A stretch of 64,000 bases of DNA from the human T2T-CHM13v2.0 reference genome, Homo sapiens (GCF_009914755.1 NC_060931.1); one strand, 5' to 3'. Positions 1-13,760 are shown, counted from the first letter of the stretch. The notes: a model not told the origin generated them from the letters alone. Numbers and translations are program-made.

Positions 1-1205
1 TTGGGGACTAAACATGGAAGCTTAAGGATTAAAATAAAATACCTTTTTCAACAAAAAATGTATTAATATATAGGTAGAGAGAGGGTACTGTTGTCTGTTG
101 GGTAGATTCCTTGGCAAATAAACAGAAGGGAGCAGGATTGGGAATTTGTCCATCTAGTAACCAGACTTACAGGTAAATCAGTTAAATGAGTTAGCAGGAG
201 TCAACCCAGAAAAGTTAGCTAAGACAAGACAATTACTAAAGTTTTCATTAGGCAAGCAAGATTAGGTTCTCAATGGTCAAGCAGTGAGATGCAAGCCAGA
301 CTGGGAAGTTAAGGAACAGAGTATCAGGGAATCATAATAAAATTGTAATAAAATTTATTCAGCCATGGGGCTAGTTTTATTTATATAAAGCTATTTTAAT
401 ATATAAAATATATACATAGTACAAAATCCAGAAGGTGCAGAATAGTAAACAATGAAAAGTCAGCCTTCTACCCCATTATACAATCTAAACTCCCCCTCCC
501 AAGAGACAACCATAATTAACAATCTTTTATATAGCCTTGTAGAACATCTATGCACAAAGAAGTAAGTCTTAGTATAATATACACACTGTTTTTTTCACAT
601 ATTTATACAATTTTTATTTTTTCATTGTATAGTATTTCAAGGCATGAATGGAACATGCTTTTTAAAACTAGTTCCTTATTATGAGACATTTAGGTCATTT
701 CCAATCATCTGCTCTTGCAGATAATGATAGAGTGACTAACTTTATACATGCATCATTTAATACTGGAGTAGTCATCTTAAAAGGTCAAATTCCTAATAGT
801 GGGATTGCTGGGTCAGTGGATTTGCTCGTTCAAAAAAAACCTTTGTGATAAAATTATACTATTTTAACTGTTTTTAAGTGTACCATTTGTGTTAAGTATA
901 TTCACATTATTGTTCAACTAATCTCTAGAACTTTTTCATATACAAAACTGAAATTCTACACCCATTAAACAACTCCCCAATTCCCCTTTTCTCCTACTTT
1001 GTTTCCATGAATGTGTCTACTTTAGATATACCTCCTGTAAGGAGAATCATACAGTATTTCTCTTTTTATGAATGGCTTATTTCACTTAGCATAATGTCAT
1101 CAAGGTTGGTTCATGTTGTAGCATGTGTCAGAATTCCTCTCCTAAGATGGAATAATAATTCACTGTGTGTGTATACATATATATACACACCATATAGATA
1201 CAATA

Positions 1206-1384
1206 TACCATATATATGCACCCATATGTATGTACCATATATATGCACCCATATGTATGTACCATATATATGCACCCATATGTATGTACCATATATATGC
1301 ACCCATATGTATGTACCATATATATGCACCCATATGTATGTACCATATATATGCACCCATATGTATGTACCATATATATGCACC
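1206..1384. repeat. Minisatellite, 27-bp unit TACCATATATATGCACCCATATGTATG x6 perfect copies plus 17 nt; followed by (CA)n
   Basis: Units start at 1206, 1233, 1260, 1287, 1314, 1341 and 1368. Confidence 0.97.
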
Positions 1385-1535
1385 ACCATACACAGACACA
1401 CACACACACACACCCCATATTTTGTTTATCCATTCATCCACTGATGGACACTTGGGTTGCTTCTACCTCTTGGCTGTTGTGAATAATCTGCTATTATGAT
1501 AGGCATGCAAATATGTCTTCAAGATCTTGCTTTAA

Positions 1536-1821
1536 GACCAGGTATGGTGGCTCACACCTGTAATCCAACACTTTGGGAGGGTAAGGCAGGCAGATTGCTT
1601 GAGCTCAGGAGTTCAAGACCAGTCTGGGAAACAAAGTGAGACCCCACCTTTACAAAAATACAAAAATTAGCTGGATGTAGTGGTGTGTGCCTGTGGTCTC
1701 AGCTACTTGGGAGGCTGAGGTCAGAAGATGGCTTGATTCTAGGAGGCAGAGGTTGCAGTGAGCCGAGATCACTCTACTGCATTCCAGTCTAGGTGAGAGT
1801 GAGACCTCGTCTCAAAAAAAA
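1536..1821 (+). mobile_element. Alu (AluJ-like)
   Basis: Dimeric Alu with short A tail and degenerate TSD aagatc..ctttaa. Confidence 0.93.
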
Positions 1822-2143
1822 GATCCCTCCTTTAAAAATTTTTGGATATATACCCGGAAGTGGAATGGCTGAATGATGGGTTATGGGTTTGTGTATTTAA
1901 AAATTGTTTTTATTGCCAAGGCACTCTTTATAGACGTTGTAGCAATTTGTGTTCCTACCAGTAATAAATGACTGTCTCTGTACTCATACCAACACTGTGT
2001 GCCATCTAACTTTTTGACCATTGTCACTCTGATAAGGAAAAAGAATGTTATTTCATGATAGTCTTTTAAAATATTTTTCTTAAAATAAGTGAAATGGACT
2101 TTTTCATATGTTTACCATTTAAAGTTTATATGAATAGGAAATT

Positions 2144-2686
2144 TGAGATATAGGAAGATACACAGATCAGGGGATAATTGTCATTGAAATGATAGTTTAT
2201 TACTCACAGTTCCTGAAGGAAGGGACACATCATGTTATAGTGGTGAATAGGGTGTCACATGGCAAAGTAGTGGGGTTGATCAGAAGACAGAGGGAGAGGG
2301 CTGAACTGTGGGCAAGAGCCTTTATTGTGGTTTTCAAGATAAGGAATAGATGAGGTAGGGGTAAGCAGGCTTAGGATTGGCTAGTTTGAATAATTTCACT
2401 GGGCTCTGGGCCCATTCATAAGGTCTGTCCCTAGTTGTCTGGAACCTGGCAGTGGGGTGATAAAGGTCAGTGGGGGTGTAGACTCTGGAATAGTTAGTTG
2501 GCATTTGAAAAGTGTGCCCTCAGGAGGGAGGAGGAGATGAAGAAGGCAGGTGACTCAGACATAATATATTATCAGGTTTTCCCAAACAAGGTGTATGCAG
2601 GCCGCGTATATAGGGCAAATGTTAAAGCGGTAACTATGCAGAAGCTAGAAATGTAGAGCCTTAGTACATGTACGGTCTTAGTACAA
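2144..2686 (-). mobile_element. ERVL-type solo LTR (MER74/MER73/MER54 group)
   Basis: Reverse strand resembles recalled consensus (ttttcaaatgccaactaactattccagag; ccaggttccagacaactagggac; AATAAA). Subfamily uncertain. Confidence 0.55.
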
Positions 2687-3607
2687 AGACCCACTTGTAA
2701 CTACTTTTTGTGTGAATTCTGCTCACATTTTTTTCCCATTTTTTCCACTGGGAAGTTTAGTTTTTTCTTGTACATTCATAGGAACTCTTGATATATTTAG
2801 AAAGTAGGCCTTTGTGTACAACATACACTGCAAAAATCTTCTTGTGAGTTTATTGTATTTTGTTTGAGTTTGCTTATGATAGTTTTTTTCCCCATGTGGA
2901 AATTAATTTTTTTATATGCTTGAATGTATTGACCTTTTCCTTTGCAGCTTCAGGATTTTGTGTCATACCTTAAAGACTTGTTTTTCTGAGGTTATAAATA
3001 CGTCTCCTGTGTTTTTTCCTAGTACTTTGATGGTTTGCGTAATCATATTTTAACCTTTGTTCCATCTGGTATGTACGTTGATGTAGGGGAAACAAAAAGG
3101 AGATATAAGCAACAAGGTTAGAACCTAATGCCAAGTTATTACCTTCTGAGGCAAAATTTCTTTACCCCTTTTCAGCCTATGCAATCCAGGTGGAGGCAAA
3201 CAGATACATCTGAGTAGCAAAATACAAAATAAAGAGGCACAAGAATTACCTGACATTAAACCTCAGATTAGGAAGATAGGAATTTTGCTGTCTATAAAGG
3301 CTACAACTAAGAATGGACAGGCTCAAAATATCTTAAATCTTAATGATTTGGAAAGAAAAAACCCTGATCATTGGGTGGGAGAGTGATTGAGTAAAAATGG
3401 GTCTTAGGTCTAGCTTTGTATGTTCTAGCTGTGCAAACTTCAAGTCATTTAAGTTCTCTGAACCTCACTTTATACTAATAAAACATTTTTCAGCTCATAA
3501 TACTTCAGGGATACTTCACTGCCTACCATGATTGTTTTACCATCTTATAAAATTGCTTTTATCACTTTTTCCCAGTGGCAGTCTTACTGTATATAAAATA
3601 GATTTGA

Positions 3608-3923
3608 GGCCAGGCGTGGTGGCTCAGGCTTGTAATCCCAGCACTTTGGAAGGCCCAGGCAGGTAGATGGCTTGAGCTCAGGAGTTTGAGACCAGCCTGG
3701 CAGCACAGTGAGACTCCATCTCTACTAAAAAACAAATAAACAAACAAAAAACTACAAAGAAAAGACTACAGGTGGCACGATGGTGCACGCCTGTAGTCCC
3801 AGATACTAGGGAGGCTGAGGTGGGATGACTTGAGCCTGGGAGACAGAGGTTGCATGAGCCAAGATCAGACCTCTGTACTCTAGCCTGGGTGAAAAGGCCA
3901 GACCCTGTCTCAAAGAAGAAAAA
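3608..3923 (+). mobile_element. Alu (AluJ-like) with expanded A-rich linker
   Basis: ggccaggcgtggtggctca...gaccctgtctcaaag. Confidence 0.93.
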
Positions 3924-6529
3924 ATTTGGATGTGGTGGATATAGAGATGAGGGATGCAAAGTGAAGGCTCCTTGTTCTCCCCTTCACCCTATCATCACCA
4001 CCAACCCCACCACTCCCAGGCCTCCCACCTCAAGGAACCACCAGAGAAACCCCTGCTCTGTACAGATAATTTGTGAACTGAATAAAACCGAGCCTTCTCC
4101 CTCCAACCTAAAAACCCATCTCAACACAGCCTAAAGGAAACAGAAAGCCTTGGAAAGCAATATGGCTGTGCTGAAATCTCCTTCATGAAATGGAGGCATG
4201 ACTTTCACAGCATATCAAGCGGCAAAACTTCCCCAAATTCCTCATCACAACAGACGCCTCTCCCACACCTCTTTCTTCCCTCTTTTAAAATCTCCTCAGA
4301 AACAGGGCTTCCCACCCTCAGGCTATATATTTCTTCTCTGTATCTTTTTCCATCTTCTCCTTGATCTCTTTGGCCATTTCATTATTTTGTAAAGCAGTCT
4401 GCAGAGTTTTTTCCACTTTTCCTTCCCACCCAGTATCCCATCATCACCTCATAGGTGCAGACACAGAACTGAGCAATTAATAGGTGGCAGAGGGAGATTG
4501 TAGATACTTAACTTTGACTTTTTCTTTGCCTTATTACAAGGATTAAGTGTCACCATCTTGACCTCACAGTCAAATCCCTCTACAATCTGATCCATCATTT
4601 ATTTCTCCCATGCTCCAGCCAAATTAGACATATTATTGTTTTCCTAACTAGTGCCTGGTTTTCCACCCTGCTGATGTCTTTGCCCATCCTGCACCCAGGC
4701 CAGGAGTGCTTTCTTCCCTGTTTCTGTGCTTCAGAATTCTACCCATCTTTCAAGGATAGCTGAGATCTCGTCTTTTCTCCTGAAGCATCTCCCTTCCTGA
4801 TAAAATGTGATCACTTCTGCTTCTGCATGCTCTCCGCATAGTGCTTGCACTTACCTCATGTCACTTATTTTCTTTCCTGTTTTTCCAGCTAATTTACAGT
4901 AGCTTTGGGAACGTTGAGAACAGGAAGCACATAGTATTCTTTTTGGTCCTTGTAAACTCTTAGCTCACTGTTTTGCATATAGTTATGCTAAGATTTTCAA
5001 AAGAGCAAATATACCTAGTAATTAGTAAAGTCTCTCGCTAAAATAATCACATTACTGCATCACTATTTTAAAGGAAACTTAAGAAATTTCTTCTGGATTA
5101 CTGAATGTATTTCCTATATCAAGCCAACCTAAGTTCTCAGTGATTTGAAGTTTAGACCTGTCGTGCATCTCTTCCAGTTTTATTTTGCCAGCTGAGCCCC
5201 CAAAGGGATATGTGATAGGCAGGCAATGATTTTCAAATATTTTTTGAAAGATAAAAAATCCTTTGCTTCAAGTGAAATTAGAAATGAAACCTCATGATAC
5301 AGAAAAAAAAGCAGAACTATTCCAGCTAAATAGTGTTTCACACATTATATATTCTCCTGGCTTCTTTTCCAACCCCGCTTCCTTCAGTGTTTTGAAAATA
5401 TGTCTGCAGGAGCTTAGGGTCTCTGGAAACACAGTAGGGTCTCGACTCTAGCAGCGCAGCATGTTAAATACCAACCCTGCTTTCATCATGAAAGTGTTGG
5501 TCTTTCCTACCCAACTTTCATAGTTATCCATGATATCACGGCCTTTCTAGGTTTCTAATAGTTGGCTTCATCAGGTTGAATAAATTTATTCCATATAGGA
5601 TAGAAATTTAAAAGTCACCATCACCAACACAATTTACTTGTAAATGACACATTCTGAAAGAATTATTTTATCTAACAAATGAAAATAAGGACTTTGCTGT
5701 TTACACAAAAAGTCTTTGGCTTCCAGAGAACTTACAAAGTCTTTGTGCTTAAGCAGAATTTGTTCATCAGCAAATTCTGCCATGTAACCATGGGAGTAAA
5801 ATAGTGTTTGGAGAGCATAGGAACTTGTTTGCCCTTTCTGTCATGGTTGTTGTAAATTTTGACTTAGCTGCAGGAAGAAAATAATTTTTAACCACTAGGT
5901 TAAATAGGGACATTAACACACTTGAAAATATATTAATTTTTGAAATATCTCCTGTTAGCAAAATATCATATAATTGTTTTGATAAAATACAGAAAGAGAT
6001 GTTTTACCTTAAGCTGAGATACAACTGGAATCATTTTCCACTTCCTGGATTCACACAGAAAGTCATGGGGGGATGAGACTGAGGTTTACTATGTGTATCT
6101 GTTACCCATGGAAAATTAGTCCACTTCCTGACCAAGAATGTCAGGACCGCTGAAAATGGATAATTATCTACAAGTGAAAAACAGTTTGTAGATAACAGAG
6201 GCTTTTTTTTTTCCAGGGAAGATTGTTACTGAGTATAAAGTATTGCCTCCTTATTCCAGCATTAATCATAGCAAACAGAGATGACATTGGAAATGCTCCT
6301 AGGGAAGTGTCCAGCCCATGGTTGGCACTCAGCAAGTAACAGCTGTTTATCATTATCAGTATGCAGAAACAAGAATCTTTGAACAAAAATTAAAACAGGT
6401 TAGAGTCACTGAAAAAAATATATTACATTACTGAATGGGACAGAAATATAAGCAAATAATTTTGTGGACCGTTTGATAAACGTTTAAACATAAACACAAG
6501 TTGCTTGCCTCTTGCAGAAAATGGGAAAG

Positions 6530-6577
6530 TGATATGGTTTGGCTGTGACCCCACCCAAATCTCATCTTGAACTGTAG
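6530..6577 (+). mobile_element. THE1/MST (MaLR) LTR 5' fragment
   Basis: tgatatggtttggctgtgaccccacccaaatctcatcttgaactgtag matches the LTR start. Confidence 0.75.
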
Positions 6578-7792
6578 ATAAGAACTTCCAGATCTTATCC
6601 AAGACTATCAAGGTAGTATCTCAGTGAGTCTGCAAGAACCACAGTGTTTCTGTTGTTGGGGTGCCCCCTAAAGCAGATATGGCTTAGATGACAATACCCA
6701 AGTTCTCTTTCAAATATCTGGAAAACCTTCCCAAGAAGGATAGGTACAAACAAGCCCAGACTGCGAAGACTACAATAAATACCTAACTCTTCAATGTCTA
6801 GTTACAGACAAACATGCACAAGCGTCAAGACCATCCAGGAAAACATGACGTCACCAAATGAGCTAAATAAAGTACCAGGGACCAATCCTAAAGAAACAGA
6901 GATATGTAACCTTTCAGACAGACAATTCAAAATAGTTGTTTTAAGGAAATTCAAGATGACACAGAGATGGAACTTGGAATTCTATCAGATTAACAAAGAG
7001 ATTGAAATAATTAAGAATCTATTGATCATGAGAGAAGTGCAAATCAAAACTCCAACGAGATATCATCTCACCCCAGTTTAAATGGCTTTTATCCAAAGGG
7101 CAGGCAATAACAAATGCTGTGAGGATATGAAGAAAAGGGAAGCCTCATACACTGTTGGTGGGAATGTAAATTAGCACAACCACTATGGAGAACAGTTTCC
7201 AGGTTCCTCAAGAAACTAAAAATAGAGCTACCATATGACCAAGCAATCCCACTGCTGGGTATATACCCGAAAGAAAGGAAATCAGTGTATCAAAGATACA
7301 TCTGCACTCCCATGTTTATTGTAGCACTATTCATAATAGCCCAGGTTTGGATACAATCTAAGTGTCCAACAGATGAATGAATAAAGAAAATGTAGTACAT
7401 ACACACTATAGAGTACTATACAGCCATAAAAAATAATGAGATCCCATCATTTGCAACAACATGGATGGAACTGGAAGTCATTATGTTAAGTGAAATAAGC
7501 CAGGCACAGAAAGACAAACTGCATGTTCTCACTTATTTATGGGAGATAAAAATTAAAATAATTGAAATCATGGAAATAGCAAGTAGAAGGATGGTTACAA
7601 GAGGCTGGAAAGGGTAGTGGGGAGGGCAGGGGGTAAGTGAGGATGGTTAATGAGTACAAAATAAAAATAATGAACGAGACCTACAATGGGGGACTACAGT
7701 CAAAAATAATTTAATTGTACACCTTAAAATAACTAAGTATAATTGGATTGTTTGTAACACAAAGGATAAATGCTTGAGGGGATGAATGCCCC

Positions 7793-8216
7793 TATAAACA
7801 CTTCATCTGAATTACATTTAAAAGAGTTTAATTGAGCAATGAACAATTCACGAATCAGGCAGCCCCCAAAATCATAGCAGACTCACAGAGACTCCAGGGG
7901 TGCCTTGTGGTCAGAACAAATTTATAGACAAAAAAGATAAAGTGACGTATAGGAATTGGAAGTGAGGTAACAGAAACAGTGAGATTGGTTATAGCTCGGT
8001 GTTTGTCTTGTTTGAATGCAATTTGAACACTCAGCAGTCTGAGTGGTTGAAGTATGCTGCTGGGATTGGCCAACACTCAGCCATTGTTATAGGTGCATAC
8101 AATTAAGTTAGGTTTTCAGATTTGTCTGACTATTAAGCTAGGTTACTGTTCATCCACAAGGACTCAAATGTAGAAGTATGGAGTCCTTCTCAGGCCATAT
8201 TTAGTTTGCTTTAACA
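7793..8216 (-). mobile_element. ERV1 LTR (MER57-like), essentially complete 3' LTR
   Basis: Begins TGTTAAAGCAAACTAAATATGGCCTGAGAAGG on the - strand, directly after a polypurine tract (accaaaagtggagaat). CCAAT and TATAAA boxes present. Confidence 0.8.
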
Positions 8217-9020
8217 ATTCTCCACTTTTGGTAATTTTCTCAATTTTGAGAGATTGACTAAAACCTTATTCATTGATGTTACCATCACTATATAAATGAA
8301 CTTATATAGTTTTGAAACCCACTGGGAAGCAGTAGAACAGTGGGTTTTGCAAGGAGGGAATAAGGACTGAGTAGAGGTTACTTCCTTATGCTGGAACATC
8401 CTGTTTACAGGAGAAAAAAAACCAAAACCTGGTCTGTTCTAGGAGCTGTGTGTTTTCTTAAAGCCTTAGTTTGATTATGTCACATTTAGCACAAGTGACT
8501 CCATTTTAGTTTGGTTTGGTTTGTTGGGGCCTAGTACATAAGCTCAGTCCAAAATAATGGCCTTCCATAATTTTGTTTAAAAAATTTCCCCTTTTTGGCC
8601 AGGTTCTCACTTAGGTGAGAGTGTGACCAAAACTTAGGGCCTTAGCGCCACTCTCAGTTACCATCATTTTGGGTTTCTGGTCTCAGCATGTCATTCATAG
8701 GTTATGGTGTCCTCATGGTCACACATTTCTTTCAGCTTCTGTCATTCCAGTCGAAGAGAGAGCATTTGATATTCTAGAGATGGCTGCATGCAAGCATTTA
8801 AAACCTTTGAGAGAATACAGTGCACCAGGGAGACTATCACTATGACTATTGGGAGGATAATACCAAGAGTTTAGAGTATGCTCCTTACCCAGGGTCCCCA
8901 TAAACCAAACCACCTAAAATTAAATAGATTAAAAAATGAGCTAGAAGAAGAATCTACTGCTTAAGTGGTTTTTTCATTAATCCTCTACAACTGAATTTTT
9001 ATAATCTACATTTGATGTAT
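8217..9020 (-). mobile_element. ERV1 internal sequence (MER57/MER4-group int, 3' end)
   Basis: Abuts the PPT and LTR; resembles MER4-group internal sequence. Confidence 0.65.
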
Positions 9021-9355
9021 ACCTAACTTAATAGCATAGACCCGTAACAATAGCTGAGTGTTGGCCAATCCCAGCGGCCGTACTTCAACCACTCACAGAT
9101 GCTGAGTGTTCAAACTGCGTTCAAAATAAGGCAAATGCCGAGCTGTAACCAGTCTTTTAGTACTAGTTTCTGTACCTCGCTTCCGATTCCTGTACGTCAC
9201 TTTACCTTTTTTGTCTATAAATTTGTTCTGACCACGAGGCACCCCTGGAGTCTCTGTGAATCTGCTGTGATTATGGGGGCTGCCTGATTCACAAATTGTT
9301 TGTTGCTTACTTAAACTGCTTTAAATTTAATTCGGGTGAAGTTTTTCCTTTATCA
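9021..9355 (+). mobile_element. 5'-truncated LTR of the same family, inverted relative to 7793-8216
   Basis: Reverse-complement match to 7793-8113; ends ...tttatCA. Confidence 0.85.
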
Positions 9356-10129
9356 CCCCAGTTATCCTGGTGTGATTATTATGCATTGTATCCTCTATCA
9401 AAATATCTCATGTAGCGCATAAATATGTATACCTACTATGTACCCACAATTTTTTAAAAAGATCATTAGTGTCTCTAAGGAAAAGGGGAGTAAAACTAGT
9501 CTCTGCCCAACTAAAGGTTTATAATCATAGCAAACTAGTACTCTAATGAATTTAAATGACCACAAATGATTCCTCAAACTTGAGCAGCACACTGCTAACA
9601 AATGAAAAGGTTTTTCGATCTGTGCCCTAGTTCATTTTATTTTGCTATATGCATATGTGTATCTACTTATGCACAGGTACACACACACGCACTGTAATTA
9701 CATCACAACACCCCACTCTCCTAAGGTGGTATCTCCAAGAAGATGCAGTATTTGAGGCTTCAATCAGTCATTACCCCCTCATTTTGCTGTCAGGTGTCTT
9801 CCTAAGTTAAAAGTTTTGTAGAATACCATTGTGTAACACCATGATGATTTTTTAAGATATCCAGTAACTCAACAAAAATACCGTTGTTGACAGAAGCAAG
9901 GAAAAGCAAATCTATATCTAACGTAATCTAAAATAAGTATCTATTGCAATGGGAATGAATCTCTGCCCTCACCATAAAGTGTCACTGGCACCTCTTGAAT
10001 GACATCATTACAGGGTGGATGGGTGGGATGCAACTGTGCTGGCTCCTCCTCATCTCCAACTTCTGCAAGGCCAGCTTGTGCCAGGGCTGTTTCTGTAAAA
10101 GTCTGCTGCACATAAACTTACTTACCAGG

Positions 10130-11226
10130 TTATCTAATCCCATGGATTCATTGCCATGGGATTCCACATTTCTCAACTGTATTTCTGAGCCCTAGATGTC
10201 TTTCCTGAACTTCAGACTAATATTCAAATACCTATATCCACTTGGATATCTTTGAACTTATAATGTTCAAAACTTCTGATTCCAGCCTCCCACCCCACTC
10301 CATTCCACTCCTCACACACTTTGCAGACAGGCTTCCCCTGCAGACTTCCGCATTTCTGTTCCTGGCAGCTCCATCCTTCACAGTTGCTCAGACTAAAATC
10401 TTGCGGTTTTCTATAATGCCTCTAATTGTTATTATCTACCACTGGCTGACCTTTGATCAGCAAATTTTGTCACCTCTACCTTCAAAATAGATGTATCTCA
10501 CTGCAACTTTTCATCATGCTTTCCTCATCACTTAGCAAGAATATTGCAAACATCAAACTGATGTCCTTGCTTCAATCCTTGGTTCCCTACAGTCTGTTTT
10601 CCACTTAGCTACAAAAGCGACCCCTTTAAAACTGGTTGAGATCATGTCTTTCCTCTGCTCAAAACCCTTACGGCTCTTATCTACTCAGTGTAAAAGGCAC
10701 AGTCCTTACCATGGCTTAAAGGCCTAGGTAATCCGGTATACCACTCCTATCCCTTGTTCATCCCCAACCACCCAAGCTGTCTCTGATCTCATCTTCTCAC
10801 CACCCCAGACCCTCTGCTGTTTCACACAGACATCTTTGCTGACCTTCAAACATGCTATCCACTCTTCCAGGCTTGGGGCTTTTGCACCTAATGTTCCCTT
10901 TGTTTGAAACACACTTATCCCAGACATCTGCCTGGTTTGAGCTCTCATATCTTTAGGTCTCTGTTCAAATTTCACCTCCACAGACAGGCCTCTTCTGACT
11001 GCTCTATATGAAACAGCACCCCCTTTTCTACTACTCCCTTACTCTCCTTAATTTTTAATGGTATTTATCATGTATTTGTCTCCTCTGATAAATATTTACC
11101 ATATATTTGTCTCTACTACCCGCTGCATGAGTGTAAGATTTTTATCCGTGTTGGTCACTGATAAATCTCCAGCCTCCTAGAAGACTGACACATGGTGTGC
11201 ACTCAGTGAATACTCGATGAATGAAT
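10130..11226 (-). mobile_element. L2 LINE fragment
   Basis: L2 3' motifs, ending in actcagtgaatactcgatgaatgaat. Confidence 0.75.
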
Positions 11227-12191
11227 TAAGGCTAACTTTACCCCAGCATTTCTATCTCCATAAGTCTGAGTTCGAAGACATTTCTGGCTTCTCAACTTTA
11301 GTTACCATGAGCTGCTATTGAATGTAAGTTTGTATTAACTAAGCAAGCAAACTATTAGACTCAAACATGTCTTCTCAAGATAGCCTGTTGAATCTATAAT
11401 TTCTGGTAAATATACCTATACCAGTAAATTCAGTCACATCTAAAATTGTTTCTTCCTTAATCAGGCAACCTCAGTCTCTCTCTACATGTCTTCTCCAGCC
11501 TTCTGCTGATATAAGTTAGCAAAGTTGTGCAAAGCCTTCTCTTTCCATTAGACTTTAGAACTGATACTGGGGCATGCCCTGATGATGAATCTGGAGATGC
11601 TGATGAGTGGGATGAAGGAGCCTAAGGAAGAATTTGGAGTGTTCCCCCAGGAAAGAAAGCAACAGTGCCCTCCAGCAAGAGGACATCCTCATCAATGTCA
11701 GGGGAGGGACTACTTCAAAAAGCAAGGGGGGGCCCACTCATGTTTGGGAATTCGGGACACTCCATGTTTTCAAAGTATACCCATTTCCTCTCATTTCCAC
11801 CTCTTTCCAGTCAATCAACAAAGGAGACCTGGCAAGCTTATGACTTAGTAGACATTGTGATCTGGCAATGCACAGAATGAAATTAAAGTTGGGAATTGGC
11901 CACCTCGGCTTGTTACCTCTGGGGAGAGGGACAGGATTGAAATTGAAGGTGATTTGTGAAGGAGTCTTTATTTTAATCTGTAACTTTTTAAAAAATTAAA
12001 GGATTCATGGATTTTATATTAAAATTAATTTCAAAATTATTCCTGCTTTTTTCTTCAGGAATTCAGTAGGGTGGAACAATCACTATTGGGCAGGTACAGC
12101 AATATGCCTCTGTGTGACATGTCCCCACAGGCATGTTCCTAGGACCCCTTCTAAAAGTTTGCCACTGTTACATTCCCAGTCCTATAGTATA

Positions 12192-12390
12192 CAGTAAGTC
12201 CTCACTTAACATCATGGATAGGTTCTTGGAAACAGCAACTTTAAGCAAAAACAGCATATTGTATGCCATAGGAACTTCATTCTTGTTTATGTCAATTAGC
12301 TTATGGTAAAATTGGTTTTGTTACATGGTATGTTGTTTTAACGTCGCTGTTTCTGAGAACCTATCAACAGCGTTAAGTGAGGACTTACTG
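12192..12390. mobile_element. Tc1/mariner-Tigger MITE (MER6B-like)
   Basis: Perfect 19-bp TIR CAGTAAGTCCTCACTTAAC / GTTAAGTGAGGACTTACTG with TA duplication on both sides. Confidence 0.88.
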
Positions 12391-12744
12391 TATTTGATCC
12401 TGTCTTGCCATATTCTCCCTGGCTGTAATTGCTTCTCACCTATGTTCACAGTCTCTCATATCCGCAGATTTGACCCTACCCACTACTTTCCCAATCATAA
12501 CTGTGGCCTCTTTAGAGTACAACTCTTTCTCTGTGGCAACATATTATTAATCACTTTGAATAACAATACTCATGTCTCAAATTTCCTTTACTCCTATTCA
12601 AACAGATTGATTTCAGGATAGAACTTAGACAATATTGAATAATATATAATAAGGAATATGTAGGATGGCATAAGATCTAGGAGAGGTGCCAGGACCCCAC
12701 CTACTGTCATCAGAGAACTCTGCCTATAAGAGATAACTATTTAG

Positions 12745-13053
<309 letters not shown>

Positions 13054-13057
13054 TTAG

Positions 13058-13383
<326 letters not shown>

Positions 13384-13760
13384 TAATCCTCTCAATAACT
13401 CTATCAGGCAGATTCTATTACTATTCCTATTTTATAATTGAAGGAACCAAAGAACATTAAGTGACTTGCCCAGGATCATACAGCTTGCAAATAGTGGAGC
13501 TGAAATTCAAACCAGGAAGGCCAGCTCCTGAGTTCCTGCTGTTAATCATGGGTGATAAGACAAAACCCAGTGAGGAAAGAGGATGGCATTCTATCTAGAC
13601 CAAGGAAACAGTATACTAAAGGCAATGAAAACATTAGAAAGCGTAGTTTGTTTGTGTACAACAAGGCGTTTAGTATGGCAGAAGTATAAGTAGTGGTAAA
13701 AATCATTTCATGAAGGGACTTATTTGCCAGATTTTATCTTGTAGAAAATAAGGCATTGTT

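Larger units (their letters stand above)
840..2110 (-). mobile_element. Old L1 (L1M-type) 3' fragments, interrupted by a minisatellite and an Alu
   Basis: Antisense L1 3' motifs: ggcttatttcacttagcataatg, tttatccattcatcc.ctgatggacacttgggttg, ggatatataccc.gaagtggaat. Confidence 0.8.
6578..9460 (+). mobile_element. Internally deleted L1MA-type element (5'UTR/ORF1 start fused to ORF2 end and 3'UTR), split by an ERV1 insertion at 7793-9355
   Basis: ORF1-like KTIQENMTSPNELNK, then ORF2-end-like IMREVQIKTPTRYHLTPV. The 3'UTR resumes at 9356 and ends at tatgtacccacaa..aaaaa. Confidence 0.85.

Noticed and set aside
1007-1499. Six overlapping ORFs with repetitive peptides (YICTHMYVP etc.)
   Set aside because: Artefact of a stop-free 27-bp minisatellite inside an L1. 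Not a CRISPR array either: there are no spacers and the DNA is eukaryotic.
11555-11880. Cluster of overlapping ORFs in GC-richer sequence, possible pseudogene relic
   Set aside because: No recognisable protein similarity, poly-A tail or TSD. A tblastx/Dfam search would be needed to revive it.
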